Shown here piece by piece: positions 1 through 9,168 of a stretch of DNA of 64,000 bases (its first letter is position 1; the number at the start of each line of letters is the position of its first letter). The notes beneath the pieces were generated by a model. It was given only the letters and a program-made list of their open reading frames with translations. It was not told the DNA's origin and made no database searches. The DNA comes from Patescibacteria group bacterium (GTDB lineage: Bacteria > Patescibacteriota > Microgenomatia > UBA10105 > UBA927), in contig JBMOPU010000033.1 of the NCBI GenBank assembly GCA_049322955.1, forward strand, positions 64,784 through 128,783, written 5' to 3'. A program made the position numbers and the translations under genes.

Positions 1-86
1 GTCTTTACCAATTCGAAAAATACCCACAAAAAAATCGTGAGCATCGTAAAAATCGAAACCAATAATAAATCACGTTCCTCGTCCAT
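1..86 (-). CDS. Partial ORF (N-terminus only) running off the window. A hydrophobic N-terminus MDEERDLLLVSIFTMLTIFLWVFFELVK begins at the ATG whose reverse complement is at 84-86. It may be a further pilus-assembly component (PilP-like?) downstream of pilO.
   Basis: Manual reverse-complement translation of 1-86. It is co-directional with and immediately downstream of pilO. It is not in the ORF track because it lacks a stop inside the window. Confidence 0.2.
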   Translation of the reverse strand, partial: MDEERDLLLVSIFTMLTIFLWVFFELVK

Positions 87-88
87 AG

Positions 89-742
89 TTATTCGGTTGA
101 ATAATAGGAAGTAAGTTTTAATGATAATTGTAACTCATCGAGTAACACCAGCTTCGATAGTCCTAATTTAAGCGAGATTGTATCGACCGATGCGATCCTT
201 CGCATTTTCAGTAACCCGTCCATGAACGCTTTCAGTGACGCGTATTGCCCCGTCAGAACGACGCTTACGGGAAAATCTTCCAGGGGTTTTCCCGGAGCGA
301 GATTTGCGCCGGGCGTTGCTTCCCTTCCTAAAACGGGAAGACTCGGGATCTGAATTGCCGAAACGGATGCGCCGGTGTAGGACGCCAGATTATTGAGCTG
401 GCGCGCGAGTATAATGGCGTCGGGATTATTGGGAAGCGCCTGTCTGATAACGGGGAGTCGGTCTTCGATTTCCTGAAACGTTGCCTGGGCCTCGATGAGT
501 GCGGTGATTTTGTTTTCCATCTGTTCGTTTAACGTTGTTTTATCGGCTATTTCCCTTCGCAAATGAATTATGGTTTGAGCGGTCGGTCGTATGGCATACC
601 AGGCAAAGAGAGAAATAGCCAAAAACGAAAATATCGCGGTGGTTGACGCCCGCATTTTCGGTTTTTTCATCATCGGTTGCAGTTTCTGATAATAGCGATG
701 AAATTGCTCCGAAGAAACGCTGGTATTTGTCGGTAGTGCCAT
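89..742 (-). CDS. pilO: Type IV pilus assembly protein, PilO-like (single N-terminal TM, periplasmic domain)
   Basis: 217-aa ORF with an N-terminal TM (IFSFLAISLFAWYAI) followed by a coiled-coil and a C-terminal domain. It sits immediately downstream of the PilN-like gene with a 3-nt gap, the typical pilN-pilO order. Confidence 0.45.
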   Translation of the reverse strand: MALPTNTSVSSEQFHRYYQKLQPMMKKPKMRASTTAIFSFLAISLFAWYAIRPTAQTIIHLRREIADKTTLNEQMENKITALIEAQATFQEIEDRLPVIRQALPNNPDAIILARQLNNLASYTGASVSAIQIPSLPVLGREATPGANLAPGKPLEDFPVSVVLTGQYASLKAFMDGLLKMRRIASVDTISLKLGLSKLVLLDELQLSLKLTSYYSTE

Positions 743-745
743 AGA

Positions 746-1309
746 TTATTTTGCCGCGGGTGTCGGTGATCCGATATCTGCCGACAACTGGAAATCAATA
801 CCCGCTCCCGGTTTTCGCTGAATATCACCCAAAATGACATTTTGAATAGTCTTTGTCGATTGGAGATTCGAGAGAAATTGCGCAAACCCCTGGGTTGTTC
901 CCGCGGTCGCGGCGATCGTCATTTTGGTTTTATTGATTTCAAGGGAGGTGAAATATACGTCGGGAGGTAACATCGTCTCGAGCAAATTGATGATCGCAAC
1001 GGGTTTTCCCTGTTCGCTCAATAGCTTCTTGGCCGTCGCAAGATTTGCCTGGAGTGATTTTATTTCCTTTTCAAATTCAAGGTTTGCCTGAATGATCGCC
1101 TGTTTCTGTGTAAGTTCTTCCGTAAGATCGGTGTTTTTTCGATCAAGGCTGAATCGGGAAATAAATGCCAAAAGCACCACAATTTCCGTGGTGATCATGA
1201 TATACCTTCCGTAGGTGGTTGCCCAGGAGATGAGTCGGCCCCAGGGCGTGTGTTCCAGATCCTGAGAGCCAAGTAAATTTATCTGTATCGGTTTGGCAGG
1301 CATACACAA
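746..1309 (-). CDS. pilN: Type IV pilus assembly protein, PilN-like. It has the N-terminal INLL motif that binds PilM in characterised systems, then one TM, then a periplasmic coiled-coil.
   Basis: N-terminus MPAKPIQINLLGSQ... carries the PilN signature 'INLL' motif. TM segment IMITTEIVVLLAFISRF. Size is 187 aa. Confidence 0.5.
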   Translation of the reverse strand: MCMPAKPIQINLLGSQDLEHTPWGRLISWATTYGRYIMITTEIVVLLAFISRFSLDRKNTDLTEELTQKQAIIQANLEFEKEIKSLQANLATAKKLLSEQGKPVAIINLLETMLPPDVYFTSLEINKTKMTIAATAGTTQGFAQFLSNLQSTKTIQNVILGDIQRKPGAGIDFQLSADIGSPTPAAK

Positions 1310-1399
1310 TTAAGTATAGCAAGGGGAATGGGGAAATGAAACGGGCGGGACGGGTATTTTCTTTCGAAAAAAACGTACGGAAATACACCTCTATTCGGG

Positions 1400-1636
1400 T
1401 TATTTCTTGAGAAGCTTGGCAAGGCGTGCCTTGGTTCTGGCGGCGGCGTTTTTGTGGATGATATTGCGCTTTGCCGCTTTATCAAGCGCGGCAAACACTG
1501 CGGAAACACTCTTTTCCGTCGGTGACTTTCGCGCCTTTTTGATTAATCCCTTAAGTAAAGCGCGGCGACCGGCATTTTCCTTGGTTCGCACACGATCATG
1601 TCGCAACTTTTTGATAGCCCGTTTTGTGATTGGCAT
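1400..1636 (-). CDS. rpsT: 30S ribosomal protein S20
   Basis: 78 aa, MPITKRAIKKLRHDRVRTKENAGRRALLKGLIKKARK... matches the S20 N-terminal consensus (MPITKSAKKR..). It is basic and Ala/Lys-rich. Confidence 0.85.
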   Translation of the reverse strand: MPITKRAIKKLRHDRVRTKENAGRRALLKGLIKKARKSPTEKSVSAVFAALDKAAKRNIIHKNAAARTKARLAKLLKK

Positions 1637-1643
1637 GTGGGGA

Positions 1644-1673
1644 AGTATAGCTTACTTGGCACTATCGGGTCAA
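1644..1673 (-). promoter_or_regulatory. Sigma-70-type promoter for rpsT, read on the minus strand as TTGACC-18nt-TATACT. The -10 box ends 7 nt before the ATG, implying a leaderless transcript.
   Basis: The reverse complement of 1644-1673 reads TTGACCcgatagtgccaagtaagcTATACT, followed by tccccac and then ATG at 1636. Confidence 0.4.
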
Positions 1674-1701
1674 GATCCCCGTGATCTATAATAGGAAAGT
1701 T

Positions 1702-3354
1702 ATGATGCGTTTTTGGGCTTGGGCCTCAAAAAAACAAACAACGGTGGGTTCTGCCGCCACCGTCCTTGCGTTCATGGTGCTTTTATCCCGGGTTCTGGGA
1801 CTTGTCCGTGATAGGCTCCTTTCCACTTATTTTGCGCCCGAGCAGTTGGGCGTTTATTTTGCCGCGTTCCGGATCCCCAATGTCATTTTTGAACTGCTGG
1901 TTATGGGGGCGCTTACGGCCGCGTTTATTCCCGTCTATACCAAATATATAGCGGAAGAAAAACATGATGATGCCAAAAAACTCGCAACCGTGCTTATCAA
2001 TCTGAGCGTCGTGATTTTGTTACTCATTGCCATTCCTTTATACGTTGCGGCGCCGTTTTTTTCCCGTCTGCTTGCTCCCGGTTTCAGTCCGGCGCAAATT
2101 GCGGAAATGACCGCCTACACTCGGTTCATTTTGCTGTTTCAGGTAGCACCTCTGCTTATCGGCAATGTCTTGACGGGTATCCTTCAGTCGCACAGTCTCT
2201 TCCTTATTCCCGCGGCGGCCCCCGTGTTTTATAACGTCGGCATCATTATCGGCACAATTGCCCTTTCCTCGTTGTGGGGATTATGGGGACCCGTCGTCGG
2301 CGTAGGGATCGGGGCATTTCTCTTTGTGGCGATACAGATTCCGCTCATCATGAAACTCGGATATCGACACACCCTTGCGGTTGATCCCAAGACCCCCGGG
2401 GTGAAAGAGGTGGGGAGGCTGATGGGTCCGCGAACTTTGGGACTTGCCATAGCCCAGATTGATATCACGGTGGATTTGATGCTTGCAAGTTTAATGGGGG
2501 CACGGATGGTGACGATTTTTAATTTTGCCCAACACTTACAACAATTACCCGTCGGTCTTTTCGGTACCACGATCGCGCAAGCCGCGCTTCCTTCATTGTC
2601 ACAATTTTCCGCAAAAGATAATAAACACGAATTTCGGGAAACGATCCAAAAAGGCATTCATCAGATTCTGTTTTGGGTGCTTCCCGCGTCCGTGTTGTTC
2701 ATGGTGCTACGGATTCCGATCGTTCGATTGGTGTTTGGCGCCTCACAATTTGACTGGGCGGCAACCGTCGATACGGGGATGACACTTTCCGCTTTCGGAT
2801 TATCCTTGTTCGCTCAGGCGATTATCCATATCCTCGCACGGGGGTTTTATGCGCTGTATGACACGAAAACACCGGTTCGGATCGGAATTATCACCGTAAT
2901 CATCAATTCACTCCTCAGCGCCGTATTTGTGTTGCTCATGCATCTGCCCGTCTGGTCACTGGGACTATCCACCTCCATCGCCAGTATTATTAATGCCGCG
3001 GCGTTATTGTACCTCCTCGATCAGCGAATCACGGCGCTTATATCCCGTACCCTTACGGTTCCCGCTATCAAAATGGCGATTGCGGCCGGAGTAACGGGAG
3101 TCGCGCTCTACATTCCGTTAAAGTTACTCGATCAGCTTGTCTTCGATACGACCCGAACCTTCGGTTTGCTGTTTCTTACCGGGGTATCGGCAAGCCTGGG
3201 ACTCATGACCTATTTCTTTCTGTCCTGGGTCTTGGGGGTGACGCAGGTGTACTCGATTCTTCGCTTCACCAGGAAAATAACCGCACTTCGGGGTTTCTCC
3301 ATTGAACCCGCACAGGAAGTCGTCAACGGCGGTATTTCCGATAAGGTCTCGTAA
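1702..3354 (+). CDS. murJ: Lipid II flippase MurJ (MviN family). The start is likely the ATG at 1702 or 1705, not the GTG at 1681 used by the ORF track.
   Basis: About 14 predicted TM segments. N-terminal motif ...SAATVLAFMVLLSRVLGLVRDRLLSTYF matches the MurJ consensus (..tllSRilGfvRd..). A TATAAT at 1687-1692 would lie inside the ORF-track start, so the downstream ATG is favoured. Confidence 0.85.
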   Translation: MMRFWAWASKKQTTVGSAATVLAFMVLLSRVLGLVRDRLLSTYFAPEQLGVYFAAFRIPNVIFELLVMGALTAAFIPVYTKYIAEEKHDDAKKLATVLINLSVVILLLIAIPLYVAAPFFSRLLAPGFSPAQIAEMTAYTRFILLFQVAPLLIGNVLTGILQSHSLFLIPAAAPVFYNVGIIIGTIALSSLWGLWGPVVGVGIGAFLFVAIQIPLIMKLGYRHTLAVDPKTPGVKEVGRLMGPRTLGLAIAQIDITVDLMLASLMGARMVTIFNFAQHLQQLPVGLFGTTIAQAALPSLSQFSAKDNKHEFRETIQKGIHQILFWVLPASVLFMVLRIPIVRLVFGASQFDWAATVDTGMTLSAFGLSLFAQAIIHILARGFYALYDTKTPVRIGIITVIINSLLSAVFVLLMHLPVWSLGLSTSIASIINAAALLYLLDQRITALISRTLTVPAIKMAIAAGVTGVALYIPLKLLDQLVFDTTRTFGLLFLTGVSASLGLMTYFFLSWVLGVTQVYSILRFTRKITALRGFSIEPAQEVVNGGISDKVS

Positions 3355-3367
3355 CCCCGCAATGAAT

Positions 3368-3424
3368 CCGCACCGCAGAGTGCGGAAGCAATACGTTCCA
3401 TGGGGAAACGCGGTTTATTCCGCG
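3368..3424. terminator. Two GC-rich hairpins between convergent murJ and the glycoside hydrolase gene: ccgcac-N6-gtgcgg at 3368-3385 and cgcgg-tttatt-ccgcg at 3409-3424. Putative bidirectional terminators.
   Basis: Inverted repeats read directly from the sequence. The second is followed on the + strand by the T-rich run gtatttactta. There are no long U-tracts, so confidence is low. Confidence 0.3.
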
Positions 3425-3428
3425 GTAT

Positions 3429-4853
3429 TTACTTATCCCGGGTGAGTTCCAGTATGCCGATGCTTTGGCTCGGCATGAATACATCAGTCGTGAGCGTACC
3501 GTCTTCGACGGTATAGGGTTTTGTCGCATCCCGACCGAAGAGAAACCGCTCGCGGAGTTTGTAGGAACCGGGGGCTAACTTGGTGAATTTCACCGGAACC
3601 TGTTCCGTATGACTGCCCTTGCTATCAAAATTAACCAGCAATACCCGCATCACATCATTTTGTATCGTCGCAAAACCGGTTACCCATGATCCTTCACCTG
3701 TTAACTGCATGCGGGTGCCCGCCATGGTATCGATGAATGAATACACGCTATAACGCGGTTTTTTCTTGAGTCCGTTGTCGTCATGGGTGATAAGCCCCCA
3801 TCCACTGCCGTCGGATTGGTTGGGTCCGTCTTTCAGCTGAAAACTCATAAGATACGTGGGTCCCCCTGAAATAAGCTGGCGAATAACCGCGGCGGTGTGC
3901 GCCGCCCCGTACATCGTGCCGTAGCCGTTGCTTTTACTTCCCGTAAATCCGAATTCGGTAATAAGTTTCGGAAGGAGCGTATAGGACGGATATTGCACCA
4001 ACCAGGAAATAATATTTCGCTGATCCGTCGCAAACTGCTCGGGATCGGAAAGATACGAGTGCCATGAGAAAAAGTTCAGCCGATTTCCCGACTCCGCAAG
4101 TGCGATGATCCAGTTTTTATAAAGTCCGGTAGTGGAGGGTCCTCCCAGGAAAAACTGATTCACGTTTTGGGCGTTGTTGGCGCCAATTGCGGCATAACGA
4201 TATAGCGTCAGATAATTTTTCTCTCCTCCCAATTTCCAGGAACCGAATTGTGCCAGATCTGGTTCATTCCATACCTCATAATACACGCCGTTTAAATTAC
4301 GTGCGCCTTTTCCGCTGTAATGTTCAATGGTCTTCTGCACAACAAGTGACCACTCATTCCAGTCATTGGGCGGATTAATAATCACGCCGTCTTTTGCGAT
4401 GACATTCGGCATATAGGAAAGGGCAAGTACCGGCTTGGCTCCCGTTGAGATAATGGTATTGACGACGGCATCAAGTCGTGTCCAATCAAAGGTGAGTCCG
4501 TTGTCATCCCGTCCGACAACCTGATAACTGTCATATAAATGGTCGATACGGATTACTTGCGGGCGAAGTGCCCTGACGTCTCCGGCGATACTTTGCAACA
4601 TATCGTTTTGTTCTTCTCCCCCTTGGGCAAAGGCGTGATAAAAATCTGTTTTAATAGGCTCAAGTCTCGTCGAGGTGTCAACGACGATATTTGCGGGAGT
4701 ACCGCTGGCGCGGGTGAGGATGGTAATGGTCGATCCTATCGCCATGATGAAGAGGGGGAGGAAGATGATAAGTCCCAGGAACGAAATAATTGACGTCGTC
4801 CTTCCCGATGCCTGCCGCATGACCAAACTCATATCTGTTGCCTCCTTAGCCAC
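3429..4853 (-). CDS. Membrane-anchored glycoside hydrolase of clan GH-A (GH5/GH39-like (beta/alpha)8 fold)
   Basis: N-terminal TM (ISFLGLIIFLPLFIMAIG). The catalytic acid motif is VYYEVWNEPDL (NEP) and the nucleophile motif is LITEFGF (TEFG), typical of GH5 and related GH-A families. Confidence 0.6.
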   Translation of the reverse strand: MAKEATDMSLVMRQASGRTTSIISFLGLIIFLPLFIMAIGSTITILTRASGTPANIVVDTSTRLEPIKTDFYHAFAQGGEEQNDMLQSIAGDVRALRPQVIRIDHLYDSYQVVGRDDNGLTFDWTRLDAVVNTIISTGAKPVLALSYMPNVIAKDGVIINPPNDWNEWSLVVQKTIEHYSGKGARNLNGVYYEVWNEPDLAQFGSWKLGGEKNYLTLYRYAAIGANNAQNVNQFFLGGPSTTGLYKNWIIALAESGNRLNFFSWHSYLSDPEQFATDQRNIISWLVQYPSYTLLPKLITEFGFTGSKSNGYGTMYGAAHTAAVIRQLISGGPTYLMSFQLKDGPNQSDGSGWGLITHDDNGLKKKPRYSVYSFIDTMAGTRMQLTGEGSWVTGFATIQNDVMRVLLVNFDSKGSHTEQVPVKFTKLAPGSYKLRERFLFGRDATKPYTVEDGTLTTDVFMPSQSIGILELTRDK

Positions 4854-5938
4854 GGAATAACCGATCCGGTAACGATAAACAGCATACCGATACTCAAAAG
4901 AAGGATGGTGTTTTCAACCGCACCCGATACCGGAATGGCACTTCCCGATGCACCGTTTTCATCTCCCGTTGCCACCACGAACGCGAGCGTTGCGGTGTGT
5001 GATTTGCCCGTCGCGGGATCCTGGGCCGCTACTACTATGGTATGCGGTCCTGCGGGAAGCGGCTCTTCCATCGTGTAGCTCCAGTTGCCGTTTGCATCCG
5101 CGGTGACGGTGACGGTTATCGGATCAGAATAAATCGTCACCGTAACTTCCGTGCCGGGAGGCGCTTTTCCTTCAATGGTGGGTTGTTGCGTGGTTACCGA
5201 TTCATTCCGTGTCGGCGAATCAATGGTCACGGCGGATGGACTGGCACTATCAGAAGCCGAAAGCGTGGGAGTAAGCGTCGGAGTAACGGCAAGCGTGGTC
5301 GTCGGTGTTACCGTTCCCGCGAGCTGATTGCCGCCGCCGCTTCCTATGGTAATAGTTGCCGGCACCGTGCTGGTTAAGGCATTGGTACTTCCCTCATTTA
5401 ATGCACCGACAAACGTATCGGCGGCGAAGCGTACGGCAACAGGCGATGTCGTCTCGGCAAGCGCTTTAAATTTAATGGTTGCCACGGTTCCCGTCCCGGT
5501 AATCGGCGTCGTCGTGTTGGTTGCTCCCAGAGCCATGGAAACGGTGCCGTTGCCGACGGTTCCCGATGTCAGGATGTTGGGAAACATCGTGCCGTTATGT
5601 ATCCACTCGGCCTGGAGCTTTGCCGGATCATAGGTGAGTTTCAAATCCACGGCGACAATCTGGTTGTCTGCCGTATCCATCCGCACTTCAAGCGTGAACT
5701 CGTCGTTGACCGCCTTTGTGAGCGTTGTCGGGGTGAGGGTAAGAGTGGTTGCGGGCGCCGCTTTTTTTCGGAGTTCCTGGCTACGCATGGTGAGAAAAAC
5801 CGATGCGGGAATGGCAATAAGCGTGATTAAAGAAATCAAAATAATAACAAGTCGTTTCATGCCTATCTTCATTATGATAGAGCAAGAGATGAATGGCAAT
5901 AGTAAGATGCCACACGTCGTAAAAAAACCTCTTGACAC
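4829..5938 (-). CDS. Surface protein with an N-terminal signal/TM, an Ig-like/beta-rich middle, Thr/Pro-rich linkers (TPTLTPTLSASD, VTPTTTLAVTPT) and a C-terminal TM anchor. It overlaps the downstream glycoside hydrolase gene by 25 nt, so the two are probably an operon.
   Basis: Composition and hydropathy of the 369-aa ORF. C-terminus ILLLSIGMLFIVTGSVIPWLRRQQI is a TM followed by a positive tail. No LPXTG motif. Confidence 0.4.
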   Translation of the reverse strand: MSRGFFTTCGILLLPFISCSIIMKIGMKRLVIILISLITLIAIPASVFLTMRSQELRKKAAPATTLTLTPTTLTKAVNDEFTLEVRMDTADNQIVAVDLKLTYDPAKLQAEWIHNGTMFPNILTSGTVGNGTVSMALGATNTTTPITGTGTVATIKFKALAETTSPVAVRFAADTFVGALNEGSTNALTSTVPATITIGSGGGNQLAGTVTPTTTLAVTPTLTPTLSASDSASPSAVTIDSPTRNESVTTQQPTIEGKAPPGTEVTVTIYSDPITVTVTADANGNWSYTMEEPLPAGPHTIVVAAQDPATGKSHTATLAFVVATGDENGASGSAIPVSGAVENTILLLSIGMLFIVTGSVIPWLRRQQI

Positions 5939-5968
5939 GTATTAGCACTCGATGTATATTACTGCTAA
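5932..5968 (+). promoter_or_regulatory. Sigma-70 promoter (TTGACA 5932-5937, 17-nt spacer, TATATT 5955-5960) overlapped by a CIRCE-like HrcA operator (TTAGCACTC-N9-TACTGCTAA, 5942-5968)
   Basis: The left arm is a perfect match to the CIRCE consensus TTAGCACTC, with a 9-nt spacer. The right arm TACTGCTAA matches 7 of 9 positions of GAGTGCTAA. The element sits directly upstream of hrcA-grpE-dnaK-dnaJ. Confidence 0.6.
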
Positions 5969-5969
5969 T

Positions 5970-6695
5970 ATGGATGGTGTAGCTGATTTAACGCCACGAC
6001 AAATTCAGATTTTAAAAGCCGTCATCGACGAGTATATTTCGACGGCGGAAGCGGTGGGGAGTGAAACGCTCGAGAAAAAACATAATCTCGGCGTATCACC
6101 GGCAACCATCCGTAACGAAATGGTACGCCTCACCGAGTTGGGAATGTTAAAACAGCCGCATACTTCGGCAGGTCGTGCCCCGACGCCGGTGGCGCTCAAG
6201 TATTATGTCGAGCAACTCATGAAACCCAAGGATCTGTCCGTTGCCGAAGAGGTTGCGGTGAAGGAAAAAGTATGGAATTATCGGCAGGAAATCGATAAAT
6301 TGCTCCGCGAAGCCACAAAAGCGCTGGCCGAGAAAACCAAAACACTTGCGATCACGGCAACCAACGAGGGAGATCTGTATTATGCCGGTGCGGCGAATAT
6401 TCTCGACATGCCCGAATTTTATGATTACCAGCTGACGCATGATTTGCTCGGTACCCTGGATGAATACGGTTTTTGGTGGGGGATTCTGGAATCGCACGGC
6501 GATCCGTTTTCGATACTTGTGGGAGATGATCTTTCGACGGGCAGTCTTACCCAATGCGGATTTGTGTATCACAAATTCAAGACGCCGCATGTATCGGGTG
6601 CTATCGGGGTAGTGGGTCCCTCGCGCCTCAATTACCCGTCGGTTATTCCCGTCGTACGGTATTTGGGCAACCTCATTGACGAGTTTGCAAGTTAA
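5970..6695 (+). CDS. hrcA: Heat-inducible transcription repressor HrcA (short form, about 242 aa). The start is probably the ATG at 5970, because the ORF-track start at 5952 lies inside the promoter/CIRCE.
   Basis: N-terminal winged helix LTPRQIQILKAVIDEYISTAEAVGSETLEKKHNLGVSPATIRNEMVRLTELGMLKQPHTSAGRAPT matches the HrcA consensus closely. It is followed by grpE-dnaK-dnaJ. Confidence 0.85.
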   Translation: MDGVADLTPRQIQILKAVIDEYISTAEAVGSETLEKKHNLGVSPATIRNEMVRLTELGMLKQPHTSAGRAPTPVALKYYVEQLMKPKDLSVAEEVAVKEKVWNYRQEIDKLLREATKALAEKTKTLAITATNEGDLYYAGAANILDMPEFYDYQLTHDLLGTLDEYGFWWGILESHGDPFSILVGDDLSTGSLTQCGFVYHKFKTPHVSGAIGVVGPSRLNYPSVIPVVRYLGNLIDEFAS

Positions 6696-6716
6696 CAAAG
6701 AGGAGTATTTTCCGCT

Positions 6717-7193
6717 ATGAAAAAATACAATGATAAACCGGTGATTGATGAAAAAGTGCAGGACACCAAAAGCTCGCAGGATGCCGCCGTGGAGGAGTGG
6801 AAGACAAAGTACATGCGGGCGCTTGCCGATTATCAGAATCTCGAAAAACGAACGGCCGAGCGGGTAAGCGAAGTTCGCCAATATGCCGCCGAAAGCGTAT
6901 TAACACGACTGCTTCCGGTGGTTGATACCTTCGGGAAAGTGACAGAACACATCAATGATCCCGGACTCGCTCTGGCGTATAAGGAATTGCTTTCGGTGCT
7001 TACCGAACAGGGAGTCGAAAAAATCGATGTGGTGGGGAGGGAGTTTGACCCCGTCGAAATGGACTGCATTGAAGTCGTATCCGGCAACGACAACGAAGTA
7101 GTTGAAGAAGTGCAAACAGGGTATCGGTTTCGGGGAAAGGTGTTGCGGGTAGCGCGAGTCAAAGTCGGCAAGTCGGAGGTAACAACTCATTAA
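6717..7193 (+). CDS. grpE: Nucleotide exchange factor GrpE (short, 158 aa)
   Basis: Position between hrcA and dnaK. Coiled-coil N-terminal part and a C-terminal beta domain (..YRFRGKVLRVARVKV). Confidence 0.75.
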   Translation: MKKYNDKPVIDEKVQDTKSSQDAAVEEWKTKYMRALADYQNLEKRTAERVSEVRQYAAESVLTRLLPVVDTFGKVTEHINDPGLALAYKELLSVLTEQGVEKIDVVGREFDPVEMDCIEVVSGNDNEVVEEVQTGYRFRGKVLRVARVKVGKSEVTTH

Positions 7194-7217
7194 TTGTTCA
7201 CAAAGAAAGGAGAACAT

Positions 7218-9116
7218 ATGGCAAAAATTATCGGTATCGATTTAGGAACAACCAATTCATGTGTGGCGGTTATGGAGGGAGGATCACCCAAAGTGATCCA
7301 TTCCGCTGAAGGACGCAACGTGATCCCTTCCGTCGTTGATCCCATTAAAAACATCGTCGGCGATGTTGCAAAGCGACAAACCGTGCTGAAACCGAAATCA
7401 ACGGTCTTTTCCGTAAAACGGTTGGTCGGACGCAAATATTCCGACGCGTCGGTACAAACGGATGCCAAATGGCTTCCCTATACCATCAAATCCGGCAAAA
7501 ACGACATGGCAGTCGTCGAAGTGGAAGGAAAAACATTCACTCCGCAGGAAATTTCGGCAAAAATTCTTTCCAAAATCAAAGCGGACGCCGAAAAATATCT
7601 GGGCGAACCGGTCAAACAGGCGGTTATTACGGTGCCTGCATACTTTGATGACTCGGAACGGCAGGCAACCAAACAGGCAGGCGAGATCGCCGGTCTTGAG
7701 GTGCTTCGTATTCTTAATGAACCCACGGCCGCGGCATTGGCGTACGGACTCGACAAGAAAAACGTCCACACGATTGCCGTCTACGACTTGGGAGGCGGAA
7801 CATTTGATATCTCCATTCTTGAACTCGGCGAAGGGGTCTATGAAGTAAAGGCCACCAACGGAGATACCCATTTGGGAGGCGATGACTTTGACAAGAAAAT
7901 TCTTGACTATCTTGCCGATGAGTTCAAGAAAGAACACGGTGTCGATCTACGAAGCGACAATCAGGCACTCCAACGGCTTCGTGATGCCGCCGAAAAAGCA
8001 AAGATTGAACTTTCAAGCGCCATGGAAGCGGAAGTGAACCTGCCCTTCATCACCCAAGGCAAAGACGGCCCGCTCCATCTGGTCGTCAAAATAACACGCG
8101 CCAAGCTGGAGTCGATCGTGCTGGATCTTATCCAGAAATCCATTGAGCCGGTCAAGAAATGTCTTGCCGACGCGAAACTCAAAGTTTCCGATATCAATGA
8201 AGTCGTGATGGTGGGAGGCATGACCCGCATGCCGAAAGTCGTTGAAGTGGTCAAAGACTTCTTCGGCAAGGAGCCCAATGCTTCCGTCAACCCCGACGAG
8301 GTGGTGGCAATCGGCGCCGCGGTGCAGGCGGGCGTACTTTCGGGAGATGTCAAAGACGTCGTACTTCTGGATGTCACGCCGCTTACCCTTTCGGTGGAAA
8401 CACTGGGAGGTGTTTCGACGCCCATGATCACCCGAAATACCACCGTTCCGACGAGTAAGACGGAAATTTACTCGACGGCCGCGGATAATCAGACATCGGT
8501 TGAGATTAACGTCCTGCAGGGTGAGCGGCCGATGGCCGCCGACAACAAGTCGCTGGGGCGATTCGTGCTTTCCGGTATTCCGCCGGCTCCCCGCGGAACG
8601 CCGCAGGTCGAGGTAACCTTCGATATCGATGCGTCGGGTATTTTGTCCGTTTCCGCCAAAGACAAGGCAAGCGGCAAGGTAAGCTCGATTAAGATCACGG
8701 GTTCCACGGGTCTTTCGAAAGAGGAAGTGGAAAAGATGCGCCAGGAAGCCGAAGCGCATGCCGCGGAAGACTCAGAGAAAAAGGAGAAGATCGAAGCCCG
8801 TAACAAGGCTGATAACATGATCTATCTCGCCGAAAAGACCGTCAAGGACGCGGGAGACAAGGCAAAAGCGGAAGATAAAGCCGCAATCGAAGAAAAGGTA
8901 AAGGCATTAAAGGAAATCCTTGAGACGGGATCCAAGGAAGATCTTGAGGCCAAAACGGGTGAGCTTTCCGATGTCGTCCAGAAGGTAGGCGCCGCTATGT
9001 ATCAACAGGCTCCGCAGGGAAATCCCGCCGATGCGGGGGCAACGGGAACAACCGATACCGCGGATAAAAAACCGGATGAAAAAGGCAAGGCTGAAGAAGG
9101 TGAAGTGGTGAGTTAA
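7218..9116 (+). CDS. dnaK: Molecular chaperone DnaK (Hsp70). The start is at [14 protein letters not shown], with Shine-Dalgarno aaggaga 7 nt upstream.
   Basis: Canonical Hsp70 motifs [14 protein letters not shown] and DLGGGTFD, plus an acidic C-terminal tail. The ORF-track start at 7194 adds 8 residues upstream of the Shine-Dalgarno site. Confidence 0.95.
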   Translation: MAKIIGIDLGTTNSCVAVMEGGSPKVIHSAEGRNVIPSVVDPIKNIVGDVAKRQTVLKPKSTVFSVKRLVGRKYSDASVQTDAKWLPYTIKSGKNDMAVVEVEGKTFTPQEISAKILSKIKADAEKYLGEPVKQAVITVPAYFDDSERQATKQAGEIAGLEVLRILNEPTAAALAYGLDKKNVHTIAVYDLGGGTFDISILELGEGVYEVKATNGDTHLGGDDFDKKILDYLADEFKKEHGVDLRSDNQALQRLRDAAEKAKIELSSAMEAEVNLPFITQGKDGPLHLVVKITRAKLESIVLDLIQKSIEPVKKCLADAKLKVSDINEVVMVGGMTRMPKVVEVVKDFFGKEPNASVNPDEVVAIGAAVQAGVLSGDVKDVVLLDVTPLTLSVETLGGVSTPMITRNTTVPTSKTEIYSTAADNQTSVEINVLQGERPMAADNKSLGRFVLSGIPPAPRGTPQVEVTFDIDASGILSVSAKDKASGKVSSIKITGSTGLSKEEVEKMRQEAEAHAAEDSEKKEKIEARNKADNMIYLAEKTVKDAGDKAKAEDKAAIEEKVKALKEILETGSKEDLEAKTGELSDVVQKVGAAMYQQAPQGNPADAGATGTTDTADKKPDEKGKAEEGEVVS

Positions 9117-9146
9117 CCGCCAAGGCATTTGACATTGTATAATGCT

Positions 9147-9168
9147 AGGGCGCGCGAAAGCGCGCCCT
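9147..9168 (+). promoter_or_regulatory. Perfect 9-bp GC-rich stem with a GAAA (GNRA) tetraloop, agggcgcgc-gaaa-gcgcgccct, in the dnaK-dnaJ intercistronic region. A TGTATAAT-like box lies just upstream at 9136-9143. There is no U-tract, so it is more likely a stabiliser, processing or partial-attenuation element than a full terminator.
   Basis: Read directly from the sequence. It sits 31 nt after the dnaK stop and 8 nt before the dnaJ ATG. Confidence 0.4.

Noticed and set aside
1407-1691. 94-aa + strand ORF
   Set aside because: It lies entirely antisense to rpsT, which is strongly supported. It is an Arg/Ala-rich mirror-image artefact.
7398-8759. Several 100-250-aa minus-strand ORFs (7398-7937, 8013-8759, 7961-8443)
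   Set aside because: They are antisense to dnaK, which is unambiguous. They are a typical shadow of a high-GC third-position gene.
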